Source: an uncultured Bifidobacteriaceae bacterium (lineage in GTDB: Bacteria > Actinomycetota > Actinomycetes > S36-B12). Taken from it: a stretch of DNA of 31,108 nucleotides. Below are positions 8,429 through 17,171 of this stretch, piece by piece. The stretch is from positions 337-31,444 of the forward strand of contig CAYFLP010000002.1 in assembly GCA_964344045.1 (NCBI GenBank), written 5' to 3'. Position 1 is the stretch's first letter. Every line of letters starts with the position of its first letter. Under the pieces are notes generated by a model that worked only from the letters and a program-made list of their open reading frames with translations, was not told where the DNA came from and searched no databases. The position numbers and the translations under genes were made by a program.

Positions 8429-9300
8429 GCGCCGCGGGTGCCCTCCTGGGCCTTGCCTGCGCCGTCGGCCTGCTGGCGATCGCCGGGCGCCTGCAGGCGT
8501 TCCGCCGCGTCACGACCCTCGCGCGGATTGCCCCCGAGCTCGCAGCGCGGGAGCAGGCCCGCGGCCCGGTCTCCACGCTCACGGCGATCCTCCGGCGCCC
8601 TGCTTCGCCAGAGCGCGACAGCGACCTGTCGACACGCCTGGCACGTGCAGGCAGCAGGCAGTCGCCGGCGCAGTTCCGGGCTGAGCAGGCGACGTGGGCC
8701 GTGGCAGGAGCGGCGATCGGCGGCGCCGCTGGCCTGCTGCTTGCCGTCGGCGGCTCGTCGTGGGCGGGGCCGGTCCTCCTCGCGCTTGCGGGTGGGGCAT
8801 GCGGCTTCGTCGGCTGCGACCGCCGGCTCACCGCACGCGTGCGCTCCCGCCAGGAGCGCATCGACCGTCAGCTGCCCGCTGCGGTGGAGCTCATGGCATT
8901 CGCCGTGTCGGCAGGTGAGTCGCCTGCATCGGCAATGCAGCGCGTCGGTCGCACCATGCAGGGCGATCTCGCTGCGGAGATGGCACACGCCGGTGCCCGC
9001 CAGCAGTCAGGGGATTCCTTCGAATCTGCCCTGGCCGGCCTCGCCCGGGCTACCGGCACTGCCTCGGTGCGCCGCGCGGTCGATGCCCTGAGCCTGTCCC
9101 TCGAGCGCGGGACCCCGATCGCAGAAGTGCTGCGCGCACAGGCGGCCGACGCGCGAGCCGACCAGCGCCGTGCACTGATGGAGAAGGCCGGCCGCAAGGA
9201 CGTCCTCATGCTCCTCCCGATCGTCTTCCTCATCCTGCCGATCGTGGTCGTCATTGCCGTGTACCCCGGATTCACCGGCCTGCAACTCCTCGTCCCGTGA
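8425..9300 (+). CDS. tadC: TadC (type II secretion system F family) membrane protein
   Basis: ELMAFAVSAGESP, LERGTPIAEVLRAQAADAR, AGRKDVLMLLPIVFLILP. ATGA overlap with tadB. The ORF-track call from 7207 is a spurious extension. Confidence 0.9.
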   Translation: MSAAGALLGLACAVGLLAIAGRLQAFRRVTTLARIAPELAAREQARGPVSTLTAILRRPASPERDSDLSTRLARAGSRQSPAQFRAEQATWAVAGAAIGGAAGLLLAVGGSSWAGPVLLALAGGACGFVGCDRRLTARVRSRQERIDRQLPAAVELMAFAVSAGESPASAMQRVGRTMQGDLAAEMAHAGARQQSGDSFESALAGLARATGTASVRRAVDALSLSLERGTPIAEVLRAQAADARADQRRALMEKAGRKDVLMLLPIVFLILPIVVVIAVYPGFTGLQLLVP

Positions 9301-9343
9301 AGGTCACGGGACCCATGTCCTCTCCCGTGAAGGTCACGGGACC
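9287..9343 (+). repeat. Tandem duplicated palindrome TCCCGTGA-AGG-TCACGGGA(CC) x2
   Basis: Identical 21-mers at 9293-9313 and 9323-9343, each an 8-bp stem with a 3-nt loop. Both are preceded by TCCTC (9287, 9318). Confidence 0.95.
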
Positions 9344-9358
9344 TGCGAAAGGAGCACC

Positions 9359-9583
9359 ATGAAGAACTCGCAGCACTCCATGAAGCACTCGCACCAATGG
9401 GCACGCGTCGCCTCGCGCCTTCACCTGGCGTTCATGCGGGCGCGTGATGACCGTGGTGACGTCCCTGGCTGGGTGCTCGTCAGCGTCATGACGGCGGGCC
9501 TCACGACGGCGGTGTGGCTCATCGCAGACGATCAGCTCACGGGCATCCTCAACCGGGCGATGAGCGCTGTCTCCCAGCCGTGA
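9359..9583 (+). CDS. flp: Flp-type major pilin candidate (actinobacterial G|DVPGW type)
   Basis: Strong SD AAAGGAG at 9348-9354; DDRG|DVPGWVLVSVMTAGL then a hydrophobic helix; position between tadC and tadE. Confidence 0.8.
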   Translation: MKNSQHSMKHSHQWARVASRLHLAFMRARDDRGDVPGWVLVSVMTAGLTTAVWLIADDQLTGILNRAMSAVSQP

Positions 9584-9969
9584 GCCGCATCGTGATGCAG
9601 CGGGACGAGGGCAGTGCAGTCGTCGAGTTCGCCCTCGTCGCGCCCTTGGTGATCGCGGTTGCCGTGGCCGTGCTCCACGTGGCGATGGGCATGTACGTGC
9701 GCTCCACCCTTGTCAGTGCGGCTACGCAGGGCGCGCGTGCCGCGGCCCTGGCCGGATCTGACGCCTCGGCGGGGGAGCGGCGAGTGCACGCCGTCGTCGA
9801 TGGCACGCTTCCTGGTTCTACGGTGCGCGACGTGCGCGTCCAGTCGGCCGTCCGCGAGGGCCTGGCGGTCGTCGAGGTGCGGATCGCTGCCCGCCTGCCG
9901 GGAATCTCGCTCCTGGGCGCAGGAGATCTCGAGGTCGAGGGACACGCTGTCGCAGAAGGCCTGGCGTGA
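9580..9969 (+). CDS. tadE: TadE-like minor pilin
   Basis: RDEG|SAVVEFALVAP; AATQGARAAA; GTGA overlap with flp. Confidence 0.88.
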   Translation: MSRIVMQRDEGSAVVEFALVAPLVIAVAVAVLHVAMGMYVRSTLVSAATQGARAAALAGSDASAGERRVHAVVDGTLPGSTVRDVRVQSAVREGLAVVEVRIAARLPGISLLGAGDLEVEGHAVAEGLA

Positions 9970-9972
9970 GGC

Positions 9973-10410
9973 ATGCGCGCCAACGAAGATGCCGGAAGCG
10001 CCCTTGTCGAGTTCGTCATCGTGGCCGTGACGCTTCTCGTGCCCCTGGGCTACCTCCTGATGGCGGCCGCCACCGTGCACTCGGCCGTCACGGCAAGCAC
10101 CGCGGCGGTTCGCGAGGCCGGCCGGGCATTCACGCTTGCGCCGAGCCCTGATGTCGGCCGTGCACATGCGGTGGCCGCCGCACGCGTGGCATTCGCCGAC
10201 CAAGGAGTCGACCTGCCGGAGCACTCACTCGCCATCCGCTGCGAGGGCGGCGCCTGTCTGTCGCCCGGCAGTGTCGTCGAAGTCGCGGTCGACTGGCGTC
10301 TGCGCCTGCCATGGGTCCCCGCCCTCGTCGACTCCGATCGACTGTCGATCCCGATCAGCGCAGTGCAGCGGATCCCGGTAGACGACTTCCGCAGCAGCCA
10401 GGCGGCGTGA
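9973..10410 (+). CDS. TadE/TadF-like minor pilin
   Basis: EDAG|SALVEFVIVAV; AAVREAGRAFT. Confidence 0.85.
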   Translation: MRANEDAGSALVEFVIVAVTLLVPLGYLLMAAATVHSAVTASTAAVREAGRAFTLAPSPDVGRAHAVAAARVAFADQGVDLPEHSLAIRCEGGACLSPGSVVEVAVDWRLRLPWVPALVDSDRLSIPISAVQRIPVDDFRSSQAA

Positions 10411-10877
10411 TGGTCTCCCGCACGCGTGTGCTGCCGCTGCGCGATGACACTGGCTCCGTCCTGCTCCTGGGCATCGGCTGGCTCGTGGCATGCCTGCTCG
10501 CAGCCGTCGTCGTGATCGACGTGTCCGCAGTTGCCATCGAGCGGCAGCAGCTGCAGGCGGCGGCCGATGGCGCGGCCCTGGCCGGGGCGCAGGCAATCGA
10601 CCAGGCCGACTACTACGCGCACGGTGCCACCGACCGGACCAGGCTGCAGCCTGGCGCCGTGCGCGATCGGGTGCTGGGTCACCTTCAGGGCTCGGCGGCT
10701 GCGGCCGCGATGCCCGGCCTGAGCGTCCGCGAGACGTGGACTGACGGGGCCCAGGTGCGGGTGCGCCTGTCGCGACCGCTGCAGCTGCCGATCCTGCCCA
10801 GCCTCCTTGAGGTCTCGGTGCCCGATGCCGAGGTCGAGGCGTGGGCCCGCCTGGCCTACCGGCCGGCGGCCGCCTGA
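10410..10877 (+). CDS. TadG-like pseudopilin (Tad N-terminal domain)
   Basis: RDDTG|SVLLL...LQAAADGAALAGA motif; TGATG overlap with the upstream gene. Confidence 0.85.
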   Translation: MVSRTRVLPLRDDTGSVLLLGIGWLVACLLAAVVVIDVSAVAIERQQLQAAADGAALAGAQAIDQADYYAHGATDRTRLQPGAVRDRVLGHLQGSAAAAAMPGLSVRETWTDGAQVRVRLSRPLQLPILPSLLEVSVPDAEVEAWARLAYRPAAA

Positions 10878-10883
10878 AGCCGC

Positions 10884-10906
10884 CACCGCGCCGGCTGTGC
10901 GCGGTG
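10884..10906 (+). terminator. Hairpin after the tad operon (CACCGCGC / GCGCGGTG)
   Basis: 8-bp perfect stem with a 7-nt loop, no U-tract; followed by -10-like TACCCT (10909-10914) for prfB. Confidence 0.5.
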
Positions 10907-10922
10907 CGTACCCTGTCCTCTC

Positions 10923-12032
10923 GTGGCCCCCATTGACGTACCCGAGCGGATCAGCGCACTTGACTCCACCATGTCCAGCGTGGAAGCCGTGCTCGACCTG
11001 CCGGCGCTGAGGGTCCAGCAGCAGCAGCTCGAGCAGGAGGCATCCGCGCCCGACCTGTGGGATGACCAGGCTCGCGCCCAGCAGGTCACCTCGCGCCTGT
11101 CGTTCGTGCAGGGAGAGATCCGCAAGGCCGAGACCCTGCGCCGGCGCATCGATGACCTGCCGATCTTGTTCGAGCTTGCCGAGGACGAGGGCGACGAGGG
11201 CGCGCTGAACGATGCGATCAAGGAGCTCGACGACGTCACTACTGCGGTTGCCGAGATGGAAGTGCGCACGCTGCTGTCCGGCGAGTACGACTCGCGCGAG
11301 GCCTTCGTCACGATCCGCTCCGGAGCGGGCGGAGTCGATGCCGCCGACTGGGCCGAGATGCTCCTGCGCATGTACACCCGCTACTGCGAGCGCCACGGCT
11401 GGTCGTACGAGGTCAACGACACCAGCTACGCCGAGGAGGCCGGCATCAAGTCGGCGACGTTTGCAGTGAAGGCGCCCTACGCCTATGGCACCTTGTCGGT
11501 CGAGCAGGGCACCCACCGTCTCGTCCGCATCTCGCCCTTCGACAACCAGGGCCGCCGACAGACCTCGTTCGCAGAGGTCGAGGTCATCCCCGTCGTCGAG
11601 CAGACCGACCACATCGACGTTCCCGAGGACGAGCTGCGGATCGACGTCTACCGCTCGAGCGGCCCCGGCGGCCAGGGCGTCAACACCACCGACTCTGCAG
11701 TCCGCATCACGCACATCCCGACGGGCATCGTGGTCAGCTGCCAGAACGAGCGCTCGCAGATCCAGAACCGCGCGAGTGCGATGGCAGTGCTGCAGTCCAA
11801 GCTGCTCGAGCGCCGCCGCCAGGAGGAGCAGGCCAAGATGGACGCCCTCAAGGGCGACTCGGCCGGCTCCTGGGGCAACCAGATGCGCTCCTACGTGCTG
11901 CATCCGTACCAGATGGTCAAGGACCTGCGCACCGAGGAGGAGACCGGCAACACTGCTGCCGTCCTCGACGGCGAGATCGACTCCTTCGTCGAGGCGGGCA
12001 TCCGCTGGCGCAAGCAGTCTGCCCCCGCCTGA
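10923..12032 (+). CDS. prfB: Peptide chain release factor 2
   Basis: RISPF anticodon-mimic, GPGGQGVN (GGQ), [18 protein letters not shown]; single uninterrupted frame. Confidence 0.99.
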   Translation: MAPIDVPERISALDSTMSSVEAVLDLPALRVQQQQLEQEASAPDLWDDQARAQQVTSRLSFVQGEIRKAETLRRRIDDLPILFELAEDEGDEGALNDAIKELDDVTTAVAEMEVRTLLSGEYDSREAFVTIRSGAGGVDAADWAEMLLRMYTRYCERHGWSYEVNDTSYAEEAGIKSATFAVKAPYAYGTLSVEQGTHRLVRISPFDNQGRRQTSFAEVEVIPVVEQTDHIDVPEDELRIDVYRSSGPGGQGVNTTDSAVRITHIPTGIVVSCQNERSQIQNRASAMAVLQSKLLERRRQEEQAKMDALKGDSAGSWGNQMRSYVLHPYQMVKDLRTEEETGNTAAVLDGEIDSFVEAGIRWRKQSAPA

Positions 12033-12147
12033 CGCACAAGGTGCCCGCGCGAGGCGACGACCGGCGAATCAGCAGGGACACCCCCGCCAGATCGCCTCAC
12101 CAGATCACCCCATAAGCGCGTCACAATCGGACATGTCGGACTGTGCA

Positions 12148-12153
12148 TAGACT
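12148..12153 (+). promoter_or_regulatory. -10 hexamer TAGACT of leaderless ftsE
   Basis: TANNNT 6 nt before GTG 12160, with no SD. Confidence 0.65.
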
Positions 12154-12159
12154 GTCCCG

Positions 12160-12849
12160 GTGATCTTGTTCGACCACGTCACCAAGCAGTACGCCAATCA
12201 GGGCCGACCTGCGCTCGATGACGTATCCCTGGAGATCGAGAAGGGGGAGTTCATCTTCCTCGTCGGTCCGTCAGGCTCGGGCAAGTCGACCTTCCTGCGC
12301 CTGGTGCTCCGCGAGGAGCGCACCACCTCGGGCCAGGTCTGGGTGCTGGGCAAGGAGCTCAACCGCCTGTCGAACTGGAAGATCCCGGCGCTGCGCCGCC
12401 AGATCGGAACCGTGTTCCAGGATTTCCGCCTGCTGCCCAACAAGACCGTGTTCGAGAACGTCGCCTTCGCGCTCGAGGTCATCGGCAAGCCCTCGAGCCA
12501 CATCAAGAAGGTCGTCCCGGAGGTGCTCGAGGTCGTCGGCCTCGAGGGCAAGGAGCAGCGGCGCCCGGACGAGCTCTCCGGAGGCGAGCAGCAGCGCGTG
12601 GCGATCGCCCGCGCATTCGTCAACCGCCCCATGCTCCTGATCGCCGACGAGCCGACCGGAAACCTCGACCCGGGAACGTCCACGGGCATCATGAAGCTGC
12701 TGGACCGCATCAACAGGCTGGGCACCACCGTGGTCATGTCCACGCACGATGCGCAGATCGTCGACCAGATGCGCCGTCGCGTCATCGAGCTCGACACGGG
12801 CCATGTCGTGCGCGACCAGTCGCGTGGCGTGTACGGATACGGCCGATGA
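12160..12849 (+). CDS. ftsE: Cell division ATP-binding protein FtsE
   Basis: [40 protein letters not shown]; followed by ftsX. Confidence 0.97.
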   Translation: MILFDHVTKQYANQGRPALDDVSLEIEKGEFIFLVGPSGSGKSTFLRLVLREERTTSGQVWVLGKELNRLSNWKIPALRRQIGTVFQDFRLLPNKTVFENVAFALEVIGKPSSHIKKVVPEVLEVVGLEGKEQRRPDELSGGEQQRVAIARAFVNRPMLLIADEPTGNLDPGTSTGIMKLLDRINRLGTTVVMSTHDAQIVDQMRRRVIELDTGHVVRDQSRGVYGYGR

Positions 12850-13754
12850 GGGCCGCATTCGTCGCCAGCGAGGTCGGCACGGGCCTGCGGCGCAACCTGA
12901 CCATGACCCTGGCCGTCATCATCACGGTCGCTGTCTCGCTGGCCCTTTTCGGCGCCTCGCTGCTGGTGCGTGCGCAGGTCTCGACGATGAAGGACTTCTG
13001 GTACGACAAGGTCGAGGTCTCGATCTTCCTGTGCGCCAAGGGCAGCGACACTCCCTCGTGTGCCGGCGGCGCGGTCACCAAGGCCCAGCGCGACCAGATC
13101 AAGGCCGACCTCGAGTCGCTTCGCCCCCTCGTGCAGGACATCTACTACGAATCCAAGCAAGAGGCGTACGACCGCTTCAAGGAGCAGTTCAAGAGCTCGC
13201 CCATCGTCGACAACGTCACTGCAGACGCACTGCCCGAGTCGTTCCGGGTCAAGCTGGCCGATCCCACCAAGTACGAGGTGGTCGCATCGGCCTTCGCGGG
13301 CCGTCCAGGCATCGAGCAGGTCAATGACCAAAGGCAGATCCTCGACAAGTTCTTCCGCCTGCTCGGGGGCCTGCAGCTGATCGCCCTGCTCATCGCACTG
13401 GTCATGCTCATCGTCACGGTGCTGCTCATCGTCAACACGATGCGCGTCGCCGCATTCAGCAGACGACGAGAAACCAGCATCATGCGCCTGGTAGGCGCCT
13501 CGAACTTCTACATCCAGCTGCCGTTCCTGCTCGAGGCCGCGCTTGCCGCGGGCCTCGGAGCAGTCGTCGCGATCTTCGCCCTCGTCCTGATGAAGGCAGT
13601 GCTGATCGACCAGGTGCTCGCCCCGTCGTTCCAGTTCACGGCCTTCGTCGGATGGGACGCCGTGCTGACCATCGCCCCGTTGATGCTCATCGTGGGCGTC
13701 GGCCTCGCGGGCATCGCCGCCTTCTTCACCCTGCGCAAGTACCTGCGCGTGTGA
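12846..13754 (+). CDS. ftsX: Cell division permease FtsX
   Basis: [54 protein letters not shown]. Confidence 0.97.
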   Translation: MRAAFVASEVGTGLRRNLTMTLAVIITVAVSLALFGASLLVRAQVSTMKDFWYDKVEVSIFLCAKGSDTPSCAGGAVTKAQRDQIKADLESLRPLVQDIYYESKQEAYDRFKEQFKSSPIVDNVTADALPESFRVKLADPTKYEVVASAFAGRPGIEQVNDQRQILDKFFRLLGGLQLIALLIALVMLIVTVLLIVNTMRVAAFSRRRETSIMRLVGASNFYIQLPFLLEAALAAGLGAVVAIFALVLMKAVLIDQVLAPSFQFTAFVGWDAVLTIAPLMLIVGVGLAGIAAFFTLRKYLRV

Positions 13755-13767
13755 TGGGCTTGCACTG

Positions 13768-14739
13768 ATGGGCAGCGACGAGCTCGAGTTCCGCCCTCGT
13801 CCGCTGTCCCATCGCACGTGGGTGCGACTCGGAGTCGTCGCACTCATCGTCGCGATCCTCTATGCGATCGTCGCGTACGCCTACGACGCCCAGGGCACCT
13901 TGAGCTTCACCACCAACGCGAGCGCAGGCGCGGATACCGGCGTGACCGTGACGGTAGAGCCGACCGAGGTCAATGCGGCGACCAATCAGTCCATCATGCG
14001 GCTGACCTTCAAGGTGACCGACCCGGACCTCACCGACGGAACGCGGCTGACGCAGAACCTGCGGGTCGATGTCGCCACGGACGCCGGCGACCAGGAGTTC
14101 CGATTCCCCACAGGCACCGTGGCCGCGCCCCAGACGTCCACCTTGTCGCTCGGAGGCGAGATCGCCTACTACCCGTTCGACTCCCACCAGGGTTCCTTCA
14201 CGGTGTCGGCCGACACCTTCCAGAAGGGTGCCGACGGCGCTCCCGAATCCGTCGCGCCGGTGTACGTGCTCGTCAACGCGATGGGCGGAGTCAGCGGCTG
14301 GTCGACGCAGGTAACGGCCGGCGAGATGCCAGGATCGACCGATGTCACAGTGCTGTTCAACCGTGCCTTCTCGACCCAGATCTTCGCCGTGATGCTGCTG
14401 GTGCTGGCCCTCACCCTGGCTATCGCGACGCTCGTGGTGGCGTTCCTCGTGGCCAGCCAGCGACGTCGCGCCGAGATCGGCCTCATGTCGTGGACGGTCG
14501 CACTGCTGTTCGCCCTGCCGGCCCTGCGCACCTTCATGCCGAACTCGCCGCCCATCGGCGCTGCCATCGACATCTACATCTACCTGTGGGTCATGGCCGG
14601 CAGCATCGCGGCGGCCGTCATCATGATCATGTCGTGGGTGAGGCAGTCCGGCCGGATGCTCACGGCAGATCCCACGGCAAGTGGCGGAGCGGTGCCGAGG
14701 ATCCCGACCATCCCGAGCGCTGACATGACTGGAGACTGA
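13768..14739 (+). CDS. DUF4436-like membrane protein
   Basis: N-terminal TM, extracytoplasmic beta-domain with YYPFDSH, three C-terminal TMs with [18 protein letters not shown]...D..LW; family recognised from memory. Confidence 0.75.
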   Translation: MGSDELEFRPRPLSHRTWVRLGVVALIVAILYAIVAYAYDAQGTLSFTTNASAGADTGVTVTVEPTEVNAATNQSIMRLTFKVTDPDLTDGTRLTQNLRVDVATDAGDQEFRFPTGTVAAPQTSTLSLGGEIAYYPFDSHQGSFTVSADTFQKGADGAPESVAPVYVLVNAMGGVSGWSTQVTAGEMPGSTDVTVLFNRAFSTQIFAVMLLVLALTLAIATLVVAFLVASQRRRAEIGLMSWTVALLFALPALRTFMPNSPPIGAAIDIYIYLWVMAGSIAAAVIMIMSWVRQSGRMLTADPTASGGAVPRIPTIPSADMTGD

Positions 14740-14740
14740 C

Positions 14741-15217
14741 GTGCCACGCGAGAAGGGCCGCACGCTCGTGGCCCAGAACAAGAAGGCGCGCCATGACTAC
14801 TCGGTCGAGGACGTCTACGAGGCGGGCATGGTGCTCACCGGCACCGAAGTGAAGTCACTCCGAGCGGGACGGGCTTCGCTGGTCGACGGCTATGCCACGC
14901 TCGACGACGGCGAGCTGTGGCTGCGTGGCGTGCACATCCCCGAGTACAACATGGGCACCTGGACCAACCATGAGCCGCGCAGGGCGCGCAAGCTGCTGCT
15001 GCGCAAGGACGAGCTGCGCCGCATTGCTGGCAAGGTCAAGGAGACCGGCATCACCCTGGTTCCGTTGTCGTTGTACTTCAAGGACGGCTACGCGAAGGTC
15101 GAGATCGCCGTCGCTCGCGGCCGAAAGAGCTACGACAAGCGGCAGGCCATCGCCGAGCGCGAGAGCAAGCGCGAGGCCGACCGTGCGACTGGCCGGCGCG
15201 ACAAGGGCCGCGACTAG
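14741..15217 (+). CDS. smpB: SsrA-binding protein SmpB
   Basis: [41 protein letters not shown]. Confidence 0.99.
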   Translation: MPREKGRTLVAQNKKARHDYSVEDVYEAGMVLTGTEVKSLRAGRASLVDGYATLDDGELWLRGVHIPEYNMGTWTNHEPRRARKLLLRKDELRRIAGKVKETGITLVPLSLYFKDGYAKVEIAVARGRKSYDKRQAIAERESKREADRATGRRDKGRD

Positions 15218-15296
15218 GCAATCGGGCGCAGGGGGCGTGCCCCCCACTTTGGCGGATTTCGAAGACAGCCGCCACAGTGGACGAGATGGTTTGTCC

Positions 15297-16598
15297 ATGA
15301 CCACAGAAACCGGCCCCCGCCGCACCCGTCAGGCCACCGTCTCCCGCCGCATTGCGGCCACCGCAGTGACCTCCCTCGCAGTGGCGGCCTCCGCCTTGTC
15401 GATGGCGTCCGCGCCTGCCCAGGCCATGAGTCTCGATGGTCCGAACTTCACGTTCAACGACGCGGCGATCTCCGCTGTCATCGGCACCCAAGGGGCCAAC
15501 GCAGTGACCTTTCCGCTGCTGGTGACGAACGCCTCGAACGCGGTGAACTACCTGCGGCAGGAGACCGTTCTCGACCCCGACCATTTCACTGTCGTACGCC
15601 GAACGGTGGAGATCGGTCGCTCGACGAGCAAGGACGCCGGCTGCCTCTACATCTCCTCCGAGCCCACGACCTGGAAGTTCACGCAGGAGAGCCCGACCGC
15701 AGGCCAGCCGAATCCGCTCACGGCCTGGAAGCCGGCCAAGCTCGCCGAAGTCCAGGCTACGAGTGGGGTAGTCGAGCTCAAGCTCGGCACCGGCTACTTC
15801 AAGGCCGGCGACTGGCTGTGCGTTCGCCAGAGCCTGCTGGGCGAGCACGAGTTCCTTGGGCGGAAGACCAACTACACGATCAACTACACGCCCGTGAAGG
15901 CCCAGATCAAGGCCCCTGCATCCCTGACGGCCCTGACGACCGGGCTCACCAGCCGTGAAGACCTCCTGCAGACCGCTCTCGACCTCACCGCGAGCCAGAC
16001 GGCGACCAACCAGCAGGTCATCACAGCCGCCCAGCAGGTAGCGCAACTGCAGGCCGATGCTCAGGCCGCTGCACAGCAGGCTCAGGCCCAGCAGGAGGCC
16101 ACTGCTCAGGCGGAGGCCGAGCGCATCGCTGCCGCAGCGGCCGCGGCCCAGGCCGACCTGATGGCGAAGGCCGAGGCCGCCCCGCTCGACCTCTCCGGAG
16201 TGGCCACGACCGCCGGTGCGGTGGGCCAGGCTGCGGGAATCAACCTGGTCCAGGCGCCCATCGCGGGCACCAAGGGCGTCGGCAGCGTCAACGGCGTCAC
16301 GCTCCGCATGCGGTCTGCCAAGCAGGCCGCGCCAGGCCACACCATGCGTGTGAAGGTCACGGTCGCTCCCAAGTCGCTCATCGGGGTCCTTCGCCTCGCG
16401 CTCGTGCGGCCCAAGGCAGATGGCTCGGTCGTCAAGGTCTCCAGCGCGACCGTGGCCGTGCAGAACGGCGTGGGCTCGGGCAAGCTCAAGGTCAAGAAGG
16501 CGACGCCGAAGGGTCGCTACCAGGTAGTGGCCTCGTTCATCGCGGCCAATGCCGACACCAAGGGTGTCTCGGCATTGCGCGCGGTGCGGGTCCGCTAG
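15297..16598 (+). CDS. Secreted/surface protein with Ala/Gln coiled-coil and basic C-terminal beta-domain, inserted between smpB and ssrA
   Basis: Signal peptide with SRR (VSRRIAATAVTSLAVAASALSMASAPAQA); QAQ/AAA heptad region. C-terminus resembles that of 3032-4516. The ORF-track start at 14892 overlaps smpB and is rejected. Confidence 0.78.
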   Translation: MTTETGPRRTRQATVSRRIAATAVTSLAVAASALSMASAPAQAMSLDGPNFTFNDAAISAVIGTQGANAVTFPLLVTNASNAVNYLRQETVLDPDHFTVVRRTVEIGRSTSKDAGCLYISSEPTTWKFTQESPTAGQPNPLTAWKPAKLAEVQATSGVVELKLGTGYFKAGDWLCVRQSLLGEHEFLGRKTNYTINYTPVKAQIKAPASLTALTTGLTSREDLLQTALDLTASQTATNQQVITAAQQVAQLQADAQAAAQQAQAQQEATAQAEAERIAAAAAAAQADLMAKAEAAPLDLSGVATTAGAVGQAAGINLVQAPIAGTKGVGSVNGVTLRMRSAKQAAPGHTMRVKVTVAPKSLIGVLRLALVRPKADGSVVKVSSATVAVQNGVGSGKLKVKKATPKGRYQVVASFIAANADTKGVSALRAVRVR

Positions 16599-16667
16599 CG
16601 GAAGGGATCAGGGCAGGGCATTTGGCCCAACGGTCGGCCGGGCGTACCCTGGGAGCACAACTACACA

Positions 16668-17031
16668 GGGGGTGACAGGTTTCGACGGACAGATGTTCTG
16701 ACCGGTGAAGCGTGCCGAGCACTCAGGTGATCTCGTAAAAAGTCCTGAAAACAAATAACTGCCAACAAGCAGAAGACCGCTGCTGCTTACGCCCTCGCGG
16801 CCTAAGCATTAAACAGCCGTCAGCCCGATGCGTCCCCGAATCGGGACCTGGCGTCGCTAGGGGACTCACCAAGCCTTCCGGTCACGGGAAGGGGAGGAAA
16901 GCCACACAGTGACTGGACCGCCCGGGTCAGTGCCGCACGAAGGCCTGGGGTCGAGAAGCGATAGCGCGGCTACGCACGTAGAAGAACGCAAGGAGCCTGC
17001 ACGGACCGGGGTTCGATTCCCCGCACCTCCA
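16668..17031 (+). ncRNA. ssrA: tmRNA; tag (A)ANKQKTAAAYALAA at 16761-16805
   Basis: 5' GGGGGTGACAGGTTTCGAC; 3' CGGGG-TTCGATT-CCCCG T-arm and CACCTCC-A acceptor with a G3.U pair. Tag ORF is preceded by AAATAACT and ends YALAA-TAA. -10-like TACCCT at 16645-16650. Confidence 0.97.
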
Positions 17032-17047
17032 CGCGAGAGCGAAAGCT

Positions 17048-17091
17048 ACTGCCCGCCGGTGTCGGCCTTCTGGGTCGCGCTGGCGGGCAGT
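17048..17091 (+). terminator. Long GC-rich hairpin downstream of ssrA
   Basis: ACTGCCCGCC...GGCGGGCAGT 10-bp perfect outer stem, extended by G-U pairs. Confidence 0.65.
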
Positions 17092-17171
17092 TGCATTGCC
17101 CCGTGCGACCACAGGTCGCTCCTATACTCGTCAGGACGGTGACCACCGTGCTGGCTCAGGAAGGACAAGCC

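Noticed and set aside
10923-11030. Programmed +1 frameshift in prfB
   Set aside because: The frame is continuous with no CTT-TGA slippery site; absence of the frameshift is common in actinobacteria.
13030-13065. Cys pair in the FtsX extracellular loop ([11 protein letters not shown])
   Set aside because: As far as I recall this is an ordinary feature of actinobacterial FtsX, not novel.
10050-13847. Long antisense ORFs (10050-11903, 12198-13847; likewise 1309-2511, 13726-14781, 15078-16340, 22357-23697, 25066-25848)
   Set aside because: They mirror well-supported genes on the opposite strand, have no recognisable motifs, and are expected shadow ORFs in high-GC DNA.
17010-17047. attL/attR duplication of the ssrA 3' end
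   Set aside because: No second copy was noticed by eye in the window and no integrase is present; sequence beyond the window cannot be excluded.
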